In this document: positions 1 through 10,286 of the stretch, one piece after another
Position numbering within the stretch: position 1 is the first letter of the stretch
How the letters are laid out: every line of letters starts with the position of its first letter
Assembly (NCBI RefSeq): GCF_009914755.1
Contig: NC_060930.1
Length of the DNA: 64,000 nt
Source: the human T2T-CHM13v2.0 reference genome, Homo sapiens
Direction: 5' to 3' (one strand)
Notes under the pieces: model-generated
Told to the model about the DNA's origin: nothing
Seen by the model: only the letters and a program-made list of their open reading frames with translations
Database searches by the model: none
Translations under genes and position numbers: made by a program

Positions 1-159
1 TCTCAGTGGTGTAAAACAACAATTTTTTTTTTGTACATGATACATGTCCATTGAGGGGTGTCTGGGGGCTATGCTTTATGTTATCCCCCTTCTGGCACTC
101 AGGCTGATGATCTGCCATTATTTGGTCCATTTTTGATTTGTTTGATTTTAAATTGATTA

Positions 160-665
160 ATTATTGTGTATATTAATGGGGTACAGTTGATTTTTTGATA
201 AATATTTACATTGTGGAATGATTAAATCAATCTGATTAACATATCCATCATTTCACATACTCAGAATTTTTTTGTGATGAGAACATTTAAAATCTGCTCT
301 TTTAGCAGTTCTGAAATATATATTATTAATAACTAGTCACCATGCTATGTAATAGATCTATAAAACTTATTCCTCCTAACTGAAACTTATTGTATCCGTT
401 GGACATCTTTCTGATCTCTATCCCTGTCCCACCCTCCAGCTTTGCTACCCTCTGGTAACCACCATTCTACTCTCTACTTTTATGAGCTTGACTTTTTTAG
501 ATTCCACATCTAAGTGGAGTGTTTCTCTTTCTGTGGCTGGCTAATATCACTTAGCATAATGTCCTCCAGGTTTATCCATGTTGTCACAAATGACGGCATT
601 TTCTTCTTTTTTAAGGCTGAATAGTATTCCATTGTGTATATATACCACATTTTCTTTATCTGTTT
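160..665 (-). mobile_element. Old L1 3' end fragment (L1MA/MB-like), antisense
   Basis: Reverse-strand L1 3'UTR motifs such as tttttagattccacat, cttagcataatgtcctccagg and aaggctgaatagtattccattgtgtatatataccacattttctttatc. Confidence 0.8.
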
Positions 666-699
666 CTTTATTTGTTAGAGAGTATGCAAAAACAAAGCT

Positions 700-3600
700 C
701 TGAAAATCTTTAAGGAGTTCCTCATGAGCCTAAACTGAGTGCTGATCCTTGCATGGATTCATGGAAACTATGTAAGACTGAGGAAAGAACCACTGGAAAT
801 AAGCGGGCAGAACAATTCCTAGGGTTCACATAGGGCTAGGACTAATTCACATTCCCCGTATCTTGAGTGGAGAAACCTTAAAATAGCTGGAACATTGAGT
901 TGAGTACTCAGAAAGGTACCTCAGTAGTGAAGAAAAGTTAGCCCTGGATGAAAGGCTGTTGTAATCTAGCTTAAGAGAGCATGAAACCAAGCCTCCAAAG
1001 AACCAGGCTGTTTCCAAATAGCTGTGTCCCAGAACAAAACTTAAAAATACTTAGAGGAATAAAAATAAAATTGTTTAGCAATGTAAAATCACAATGCCTG
1101 GCACCCAAGTCAAAAATTGCCAGATATGCAAAGATGAGTCCCATAATGAGGTGAAAAATTAGTTAAAAACAGAACAAGAAATGGCACAAATGAAAGAATT
1201 AGTAAACATAATAATTACATAAAATTAAAAGAACATTAAAGCAGTATATGTTCAAGAGGACAGAAGGAAGCCCAGGCAGACTGAGAAGGGACAAAGAAAT
1301 ATGAAAAAGAGATCCCAATTAGACTTCTAGAGATGAAAAGTACAATATCTAAGGTGAAAAATGGATGGAATAAAGAGCAGATTAGACATTAGGCAAAAGA
1401 AAAGATTAGCAAACTTAAAGATGTAGCAATGGAAACTGTGCAAAATAAAACAGAGAACAAAAAGATTTTTTTAAAAAGGAGAACTAGTGCACTGTGGGAC
1501 AACTTTCAACAGTGTAATATACATGTAACTGGCATGCCAGAGGAGGGAACAAAAAATACTTGAAGAAACAATGCCTAAAAAAATTTCAAATGTGATAAGT
1601 ATTATGCACCCACAGATCCAAGAAGCTCGGTGAACCTTAGGCACAAGAAACAGAAAGAAACTATGCCAAGTACATTGTAATCAAATTGCTTAATATCAGT
1701 GATAAAAAGCAAATATTAAAGCCAGCCAGATAAAAAAGACATATTACATATAGAGGAACAAAGATAAAAAAATCAACAGACTTCTTGTTGGGAACAATGC
1801 AAGCTGGAACATAGTGGACCCAAATCTTTAAAGTACCTAAAGAAAACAAAACTGCTAATTGAGAATTCTATACCCAGTTAAAATATTGTTCCACAATGAA
1901 TATGAAAAAAAGAGATATAAAAGCTAAATTAATTAATCACCAACAGACCAGCACTGTTAAATGAAACATTCAGGCAAAGGGAAAATTATGTTGTAAGAAA
2001 ATCTGGACCTACTCAAAGGGATAAAGAGCACTGAAAATGATAAAAATGTAGATGAATATAGAAGGCATCTCTTGTTTTAAAGACAATTGCTTAAAGGAAA
2101 ATGTATAACGACATGCATGGGGTTTGTACTATAGATAGAATTAAAGTATATGACAACAAAATTATATATAGTGGGAGAGGGGAAATGGAATATACTTTTA
2201 TATGGTTCTTCTAGTATATGTGAAGTGGTATAATGTTATTTGGAAGTGAACTATGAAAAGTTAAATATGTATACTATAAACCCTAAAGTAACACAAAACA
2301 AAACACAAAGGTGTATAGTAATAAACCAATAATGGAATAAAATAGATTCATAAAATATATTCATTGATCCAAAAGAATGGAATAAGAAGAAAAGGACACA
2401 AAGAACTGATGGCACAAATAGAGTACAAAAAGCAAGATGGCAAATTTTAATTCAACCGTATCTATCATATTAAATATTAATATAAATGATAAAAATACCC
2501 TAATTTCAAGATAGAGGTCATCACAGTGGGTAAAATAAGCAAGACTCAAATATATACTGCTTACAAGAAACCCACTTGGAATATAATAACCAAATTGGTT
2601 AAAAATAAAAGAATAGGAAAAGATATGTCATACTAAAATCAATGAATGAAAAGTATCTATACAAGTATCAGAAAAGTAGACTATAGAGCAAAGATATCAG
2701 ACATATTTCATAATGATAAAGGTGTCATTTCATCAAGAGGATATAACAATACTAAATATTTATGCACCAAATAATAGCTTCAAAATACCTGAAGTAAAAA
2801 CTGCAGAATAGAAAGGAGAAGTAAATAAAATCACAATTATTGTTGGAGATTTCACACCCTTATTTCAATAGTTGATAAACCAAGTATATAGAAAATCAGT
2901 AAGAATATGGAAGACTTGAACAGTTCTATCAATCAACAAATCACTTACATAGAACAGTGAAGCCAACTATAGCAGCATGTACATTCAAGTGCGTGTGGAA
3001 CATTTACCAAAGCAGTTTATATTCTGGCTATAAAAACAACTCTAAATAAATTTAAAAGAATTCAAGTCATACAACGAATATTCTCTGACAAAAATGGAAC
3101 CTAATTAGAAATCAGTAACAGAAAAGTAGAATATTCCTAAATATTGGAAAATACTTATATAGAACACTGAAGCCAACTATAGCAGCATATACATTCAAGT
3201 ATGTGTGAAACATTTACCAAGGCAGTTTATATTCTGGCTATAAAAACAAGTCTAAATAAATTTAAAAGGATTCAAGTGATACAAAGAATGTTCTCTAACA
3301 AAAATGGAACCTAATTAGAAATCAGTAACAGAAAAGTAGAATATTCCTAAATATTGGAAAATTAAACAATATAATTGTAAATAACCCATAGGTCAAAGAA
3401 GAAAAAGCAAAAAAATTTTAACTGAAGGAAATGAAAATACAAAATTAAAAAATTTGTGGAATGCAGCTAAAGGAGTGCTTTGATGGAAATTTATAGAATT
3501 AAATGTTTACATTAGAAAAGAAGAAAGCACTAAAATTAATGACCTAAGCTTCTACCTTAAGAAATTAGAAAAAGAAAAGCAAATTAAGCCCAAAGTAGAC

Positions 3601-3715
3601 AGAAGAAAAGAAATAATAAAGATTGGAGTGGAAATAAAATAAATAGTAAATAGAAAATAGAGAAAAATCAATGAAACCTAAATATGTGTCCTGAGAAATT
3701 AAAATTATTTGATAG
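700..3715 (+). mobile_element. Ancient L1M element: 5' region, decayed ORF1 and start of ORF2 (endonuclease)
   Basis: A-rich strand with L1 ORF1/ORF2-like motifs (cacagatccaagaagctc, gagaattctatacccag, atttatgcacc, atgacctaagcttctaccttaag); many stops, no intact ORF. Boundaries approximate. Confidence 0.75.
2943..3362 (+). repeat. 210-bp tandem duplication inside the L1M
   Basis: 2943-3152 and 3153-3362 align without gaps, about 13 mismatches counted by eye. Confidence 0.9.
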
Positions 3716-4766
3716 GCTTCCTTGTTCATAAGATAAAGTCTAAAATTTTAACTTGAGTTTTTGCTCCTGCGTGATTTGGCCTGTGCTTATGTCTCAGACT
3801 CCATTTATTTTCTGTTTTCCATGCTGTGGTTATGCTGGCCTTTCAGATTTTTTATTGTCTTTACTAGCATGACCTTTCCACATGCTGTTTTCCTCTTTGC
3901 CCCCTCCTCAACTGTGTCAATGTTTTTGTCTCCCACTCATTTCCACCTAATTAATGCCCCCCATCTCTTAGATTTAGATTAAATATCCTAGACTAAAACA
4001 AATCCTATCGTAACCTACAAACTCTACCACAACAGGAACTGTGTTTGTTTTTGCTTAATCTTTTATCTTTAACACTTAACACATGCCTGGCTCATGGTGG
4101 ATTCTCAGCAAATATTCATTAAATGAATGAATGAATGAAGTCCATGGGTCTTTTTTTCTTAGAACATGACAAGTTCAAATATCACTCATTTTCTGCATCT
4201 CATGAATTAATATCTTGAGAATTGAAAGACTATTACTCTTGAGCTTGTGATACTTAAGGGGGTATTTGGATACTTCATCTTTTTATTCACCATTTGCATT
4301 GCTCTTGTTTATCTATTGCTTTATGAAAATATGCTGGAGACTCAAATTCCTTTTGTCTTCTGAGGTATCATTCTAATGTTGTAAAGTTTCATCATTAAGA
4401 CTACTGTTTGGTTTGTTTCATTGTATCACCCATTCTAAAGAAGCATGGTATGCCAAATGGACTAGTTAAAATGGTAAATTACAGGATTTTAAGAATACCC
4501 CACTTACAGATATTTTACTTCATATATATCCATGACTAAAAGGTGAAATCAGTGTCTCAATACTCTGATTTCAAGAATGACACAAAAATATGTAGGAAGT
4601 AGTGCTGATTGAATTCTTGTGTCCCAGTTATTGGCTTTATACATGTTAGATTGTTTTTAATTCCTCACGACAACTCTGTAAGGTAGGAATTAATACCATT
4701 TTACAGACAAACTTTTAGTGATTTGCTTAAAATCTCAGAGCTAACATTGTGTCAAAATTCAAACCT

Positions 4767-5107
4767 GGCTGGGCACAGTGGGCTCATGCCTGTAACCTTA
4801 GCACTTTGGGAGGGTGAGGTGGGTGGATCACTTGAGCCCAGGAATTTGAGACTAGCCTGAGCAGCATGGTAAAACCCTCTATCTACAAAAAAATACAAAA
4901 TTAGCTGGGCATAGTGGTGTGCACCTGTAGTCCCAGCTACTTGAGATGCTGAGGCAGGAGGATTGCTTGATTCCAGGAGGTCGAGGCTGCATGCAGTCAG
5001 CCATGATCATGCCACTGCACTCCAGCCTGGATGACAGAGCAAGACCCTGTCTCAAAAAAAAAAAAAAAAAAAAAAAAACCAAAAAAAAAAAAAAAGAAAA
5101 AAAAAAA
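4767..5107 (+). mobile_element. AluJ with long A tail
   Basis: Dimeric Alu with AluJ-type gagcccagga and gatcatgccactg; tail A25-CC-A15-G-A11. Confidence 0.9.
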
Positions 5108-5692
5108 CCTCTAACCTAATTCTGATGCTAAAACCCATCATTCTCCCCACTGCTACCACCTCTCAAACATGTAAACTATTACATTTTTTGCCATCCTAAG
5201 GACCAAATGTTTAGGTCCTAATGATACCTTAGCTCACAATGGCCAGCAATTATTTGTTTGTGTGACTGTGACACCGTCAGTTATTTTTCCAAGCTGAAAT
5301 GGTGATCAACTTATTCACAGATAGTACCCTAGTAAGAAAAAGAAGGTGGAGGTAAGATTGTATCCAACATCAAGTTAATTCTTATGTAAAATGCCAGTTT
5401 TCTATAACTTGAGTCATATGAAAACACAACAGTGGTAAAAATGCTCACTAACATTTAATAGTTTAGTCATCGGATATGAAAATTGAAAAACTGCTTAGCT
5501 GAAGAGTTATGTTCTGGTATAAGGGTTAAACTAAACATTACTGAGTAGAGGAGAAGTTCATGAGGTGGGCTATTGATCTAGAAGCCAAGAATGAGTTGGG
5601 AGAGGGAGAGCAGTTAGAGAAATGAGCAGAGAAGCAGCCCAGGGCTCAGGGAACAGAATAATGAGGACAGTACAAGATGTATTCTTCCTTTC

Positions 5693-5989
5693 GGCCGGGC
5701 GCGGTGGCTCACGCCTGTAATCCCAGCACTTTGGGAGGCCGAGGCGGGCGGATCACGAGGTCAGGAGATCGAGACCATCCTGGCTAACACGGTGAAACCC
5801 CATCTCTACTAAAAATAGAAAAAATTAGCCGGGTGTGGTGGCGGGTGCCTGTAGTCCCAGCTACTTGGGAGGCTGAGGCAGGAGAGTGGTGTGAACAGGT
5901 GAGGCAGAGCTTGCAGTGAGCCAAGATAGCACCACTGCACTCCAGCCTGGGTGACAGAGCGAGACTCTGTCTCAACAACAACAACAAAA
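5693..5989 (+). mobile_element. AluY with 19-bp target site duplication
   Basis: AluY diagnostics (gatcacgaggtcaggagatcgagaccatcctggctaacacgg); TSD aagatgtattcttcctttc at 5674-5692 and 5990-6008. Confidence 0.95.
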
Positions 5990-6458
5990 AAGATGTATTC
6001 TTCCTTTCACAATTGTAATTATTCCAGCCATTTGGGAATTTGAAGACTCTCTTGAGGAAACAGGAAAAAAAAATAAAGTTAGTCCAGGCATTAGAGAGAG
6101 GGTGTAAAGAATCCCATGTAAGAGTTATAGAGAAATTTGTAAAGGTACAATTTGGGTTTGAGGATATTGGAGTGAGATGAGGATGTAGACAGATGGGATT
6201 TATTTGGGATGTTATAAGAGAAGGTCTGGGAGAGAAAGGGAATGAGGAAAACAGGATATAAAATGAGAAGAATCTCAATTCTGATTTACTACAGGTGGAT
6301 TAGACTGTAGGTCCCCACTCATGGATGAAAATACTAATATTGTAGGGAAATAAGCCAGTAAAAACAAGAATGAAACTCTCCAAAAAGCTTTAGAGAAAAT
6401 TTTTAGCTAAGCCTCAGCTTGTTGTTGGAGCTATGCATTGAGATGTTTGATTCTTTAG

Positions 6459-6619
6459 CAGGTAGGAAACTATGTGAAAGAATCTCCTGATGTCATAATT
6501 TCCGGGTGTCACCGGAACATTTGATCATCATTCCTTTGGCAATTCCAGCCTTCTGTGGAAAGGCCAGTAGAAAGCATTGATTTATTCACCTCTACAGGAA
6601 TCAGACTCAGCCTCTTTTG
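6459..6619 (+). other. FAM229B: Probable non-coding 5'UTR exon of FAM229B
   Basis: Strong donor TTG|GTAAGT at 6620; candidate acceptors ttctttAG (6458), CAG (6461) and tttattcacctctacAG (6597). Start is uncertain without transcript data. Confidence 0.55.
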
Positions 6620-6895
6620 GTAAGTCTATTTATCCTTGATCAAATTAGCTAAATGTTAATACCTGCATAGATAGGTAGTTATACTAAACCACAGAGTTTA
6701 TTATGGTTTCACTAAATCATCATTGAGCGAAACACTTTTTTCTTGATATTGAGACAGTCTATAAAAGTTATCATATTCAAATTTTTAAACCTTAATTTAG
6801 TTTTATTATTAACACCAATAAACATTCACTTTTAGGCATAGAATACTGTACTAGGCATAAGAAATAGTTGCACCATTTTAAATTTTTCCTACCCT

Positions 6896-7194
6896 TTGTG
6901 TACTAATAGTTGAATACATTGTATACTAATAGTTGAATACATTGTGTACTAATAGCTGAAAACATTGTGTACTAATAGCTGAAAACATTGTGTACTAATA
7001 GTTGAAAACATTGTGTACTAATAGTTGAAAACATTGTGTACTAATAGTTGAATACATTGTGTACTAATAGTTGAAAACAGTGTGTACTAATAGTTGAAAA
7101 CATTGTGTACTAATAGTTGAATACATTGTGTACTAATAGTTGAAAACATTGTGTACTAATAGTTGAATACATTGTGTACTAATAGTTGAATACA
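6896..7194 (+). repeat. Minisatellite/VNTR, 13 x 23 bp (TTGTGTACTAATAGTTGAAWACA)
   Basis: 13 contiguous units counted directly, few substitutions, no spacers. Confidence 0.97.
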
Positions 7195-7327
7195 TGCAAG
7201 TTATTTCAGGGTAGAGCTATTAAATGTCCACTGTGTGACAAGCACTGTTCTAGGTATTAAGTATTCAGGGATGACAAAGACAGACTTGGAATGAGGGGGG
7301 ATATTAAACATTTACAAAAAATGAGGG

Positions 7328-7561
7328 TAGTGTTTCTCAACAGTGGGCAGTTTTGCCTCTCTCTCCCACCAGGGGACATTTGACAATGTCTATAGACATT
7401 TTGGGCTGTCACAATTTTGGGAGAGGGGTACTCTTTGCATCCAGTGGGTAAAGGCCTTGAATGCTGCGAAACATCCTACAGTGCACAGGACAGTATCCTC
7501 CCTCCCCAGCTAAGAACTATCTGATCCCAGCTGTGAATAGTGTCATGGTTGAGAAACCCTG
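7328..7561 (+). mobile_element. MER20 (hAT-Charlie DNA transposon)
   Basis: Matches remembered MER20 consensus (ggggacatttgacaatgtct...aaacatcctaca...ggttgagaaaccctg) with terminal inverted repeats. Confidence 0.85.
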
Positions 7562-7852
7562 AATTAGAAGGATAACTGTTACGAAGGAGAAATAAAGGTT
7601 GCTATGAAAACTTAGATAATGGGGGTTATAAAAGTAAGTTATAGAGTAAGTAAAATGTAAATTCAGACTTAATGGATTGCATTGGCCATAGCAAGTGAAG
7701 GGTGGGAGCAGGGGGTAGGGAAGTGTTCCAAGGTAGGCAGTAAGGAGTTCATTTATATGTGTTTGTGTGTGTATTTCATAATAAATTTCATATCTCAGGT
7801 ATACTTGCAGACATTTATATATACTTACTAATGCTCAGTAGTACCTGCTAAA

Positions 7853-8035
7853 TAATAATAGTTAACATTTACTGAGCACTTACTGTGTGTTAGGCACTGC
7901 ACTTTACGTGTATTACCTTACTTAATCCTCACTATTATCCTAGAAGTAGAAAATATTATCACCAATGTACCCTTGAGAAATATAGATAAGTACCTTGACT
8001 GAAGATCACATAGTTGGGAAGGGCCAGAGCCAGGG
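7853..8035 (-). mobile_element. MIR
   Basis: aacatttactgagcacttactgtgtg...ttaatcctcac...gatcacatagt, antisense MIR core. Confidence 0.7.
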
Positions 8036-8430
8036 ACTATACTGTGACTATAGAGAAGCAGTGGGGAAATGAATAATCCCCTGGAACTGAAGGATTAGCT
8101 AAAGATATCTTGGTGAATGTGAAACTGTGCTCCAAAGGAAGAGAAGGGCATAGATAGGTAGAGAGGTGCTTGTTGATTGCAACAACCATTTAAAGGCATA
8201 CAGAATTTTGTTTTCACACGGCAGAAATGGTCTTCAGTTATGTTAACCATAGAGTATTTTCCTTGCGTTGCTTGGTGGCTATTTTGTATTTTTTGCAAGA
8301 CTTAAATTGTACATAAGGGATAGTTGTGAAATACAGTATTTTAAACACTATTTTTAGCTATTTAAAAATAGAATAACATTCAGAATGTTTCTGTATGTCT
8401 ATAACAAAATAGTAATATTAAAAATTCCAA

Positions 8431-8594
8431 GGGCAGGCACGTTGTGTGCACCTGTAGTTCCAGTTACTCAGGAGGCTGAGGCAGGAGGATCACTTAAGCC
8501 CAGGGTTTCAAAATTGTAGTGCACTATGATTGCACTGGTGAATAACCATTGCACTCCAGCCTGGCCAACATAGTGAGACTCTGACTCTTTAAAA
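8431..8594 (+). mobile_element. Fossil Alu monomer (FAM-like)
   Basis: Single monomer with the FAM-type gtgaataaccattgcactccagcctgg segment; flanked by aaaattcca / aaaacattcca. Confidence 0.75.
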
Positions 8595-8701
8595 CATTCC
8601 ATGCAAGTCTTTGAAGACAATCTATCTCCACCCCCAATATTTTAATTTTCTAATCTAGGTTTTCAATATTTTAACTTTCCGATCTAGGTTTTCAGTGAAG
8701 T

Positions 8702-8826
8702 ATGCCTTTTCAATTTGGAACCCAGCCAAGGAGGTTTCCAGTGGAAGGAGGAGATTCTTCAATTGAGCTGGAACCTGGGCTGAGCTCCAGTGCTGCCTGT
8801 AATGGGAAGGAGATGTCACCAACCAG
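8702..8826 (+). CDS. FAM229B: FAM229B coding exon 1 (MPFQFGTQPRRFPVEGGDSSIELEPGLSSSAACNGKEMSPT-R)
   Basis: ATG at 8702, open for 125 nt to donor CAG|GTAAAG at 8827; peptide recognised as the FAM229B (C6orf225) N-terminus. Not in the ORF track because it is split. Confidence 0.92.
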
Positions 8827-9076
8827 GTAAAGTCTTCTGTCCTCACAAGTGAGGAGATATGTATTGGCTATCATCAATACAACCTTCAGCTGATATTCAT
8901 TATTAGCAAGAAAAAACTCTCAGCAATTCAAAAACATTGTTGTTTCTAAGTTAGCGTATTAACAGAGCCCAGTTTTCCTTAGTGTAGAGTCTGTATTTTG
9001 TATTTCTGTAAGTCTTGATGATAGAGCAATTCATTCTCTGTCTTTCTGGTACATTTTTAGCTATTAACAACAACAA

Positions 9077-9109
9077 CAAAAACACAATTACCTTTGCACC
9101 AACCTAATA
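9077..9109. mobile_element. Half MADE1 (one Hsmar1 terminal inverted repeat)
   Basis: caaaaacacaattacctttgcaccaacctaa+ta matches the MADE1 3' arm followed by TA. Confidence 0.7.
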
Positions 9110-10087
9110 GATTGTTTTGTTGATAGCTTCACGATTAGATAACATTCAATTAAACAAACAAAACTTCAGTGCTAGTATGCACAGGGCACTGTGCTAGGCA
9201 TAAGGCTAAAAATATGAAAAAGACTTAGACCTCAGAGTTAATGTCACTTTGGCTTTGATTAGTATCACTTTGGCTTTGCTGCGACCTTTGGCAGAAAGAG
9301 TGATATAGAATCTGAAGATTCTGTGAGACAAAGTGTTTTTGCAGAATGATTAGTTCCATTTCTCTGATGTTTACCATAGCAAAACCTTAAATACTACATT
9401 GTTAGATTCTCATGGCTTGGAAATTTTGGGAACACAGATTTAAGTTTAACAGGTGTAGGTATTTAAAAATCGGAGTTAGTCAAGGATAAAATGGGCTGCT
9501 TTGGGAAGTAGTGAGCTCCCGATCTTTAGAAATGCTAAAGGCTGAATGACTATTTGGTGGGAATGTTGGAAAGGAAATTCATATATTCGATGTATTTTTG
9601 AACTAGGTGTCATTTAAGGGCCATTTCAAATCTGAGATTCTATCAACATTTGAACAGTATGTGGAATACTATGTTCAGTTTTGTATTTTACCACAAACAT
9701 TCTTGTTTTGAAATCACTCAACTAAGGTGATTTAGGGTGCAAATGCACATGAATTGCCACGGTATTGTCACTTATGTTTGTAACTATGCACTTTTGTTTT
9801 GCCATTTAGCAATCATTGCATACCTTTCAAAATCAACATCCGGAGGATTATCTTTGAATATATGAATTTCCTGTGATTAAATATGTACGTCAGAGGCCAC
9901 AATTTCTTTGTTATATCCATCTAAAATGGGTGCCTCGTCAGCATCACCATGTTGTACTCATTGTATGACATTCAGAGATTTCAAAGTGATTTAAAACAGT
10001 TAAATATACAATCAAACTTTGGTGCTCTGAAAAAAAATATTTCCTCTTTTTAGTATCTAACTACATGTCATCTGCTTTTTTATTCAG

Positions 10088-10205
10088 GCAACTCCGGAGG
10101 TGCCCTGGAAGTCATTGCCTGACAATAACTGATGTTCCCGTCACTGTTTATGCAACAACGAGAAAGCCACCTGCACAAAGCAGCAAGGAAATGCATCCTA
10201 AATAG
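10088..10205 (+). CDS. FAM229B: FAM229B coding exon 2 (R-QLRRCPGSHCLTITDVPVTVYATTRKPPAQSSKEMHPK*)
   Basis: Acceptor ttttttattcAG at 10086-10087; 125+118 = 243 nt = 80 aa plus TAG, phase consistent. Confidence 0.92.
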
Positions 10206-10280
10206 CACCATTAAGTCTTTTGTCAAGGTCTGACTAGGTCAAGGGTAATGGACCAGTATCATCTGGTGATCTGGTAAACA

Positions 10281-10286
10281 AATAAA
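10281..10286 (+). terminator. FAM229B: Proximal polyadenylation signal of FAM229B (AATAAA)
   Basis: First AATAAA, 75 nt after the stop codon. Confidence 0.6.

Noticed and set aside
5784-6278. 164-aa ORF and similar ORFs at 4879, 11680, 17827, 20621, 34046-34532 and 55403-55837
   Set aside because: Alu-derived translations ([18 protein letters not shown]); not genes.
6896-7194. CRISPR-like array
   Set aside because: Units are contiguous with no unique spacers, there are no cas genes and the context is human; it is a minisatellite.
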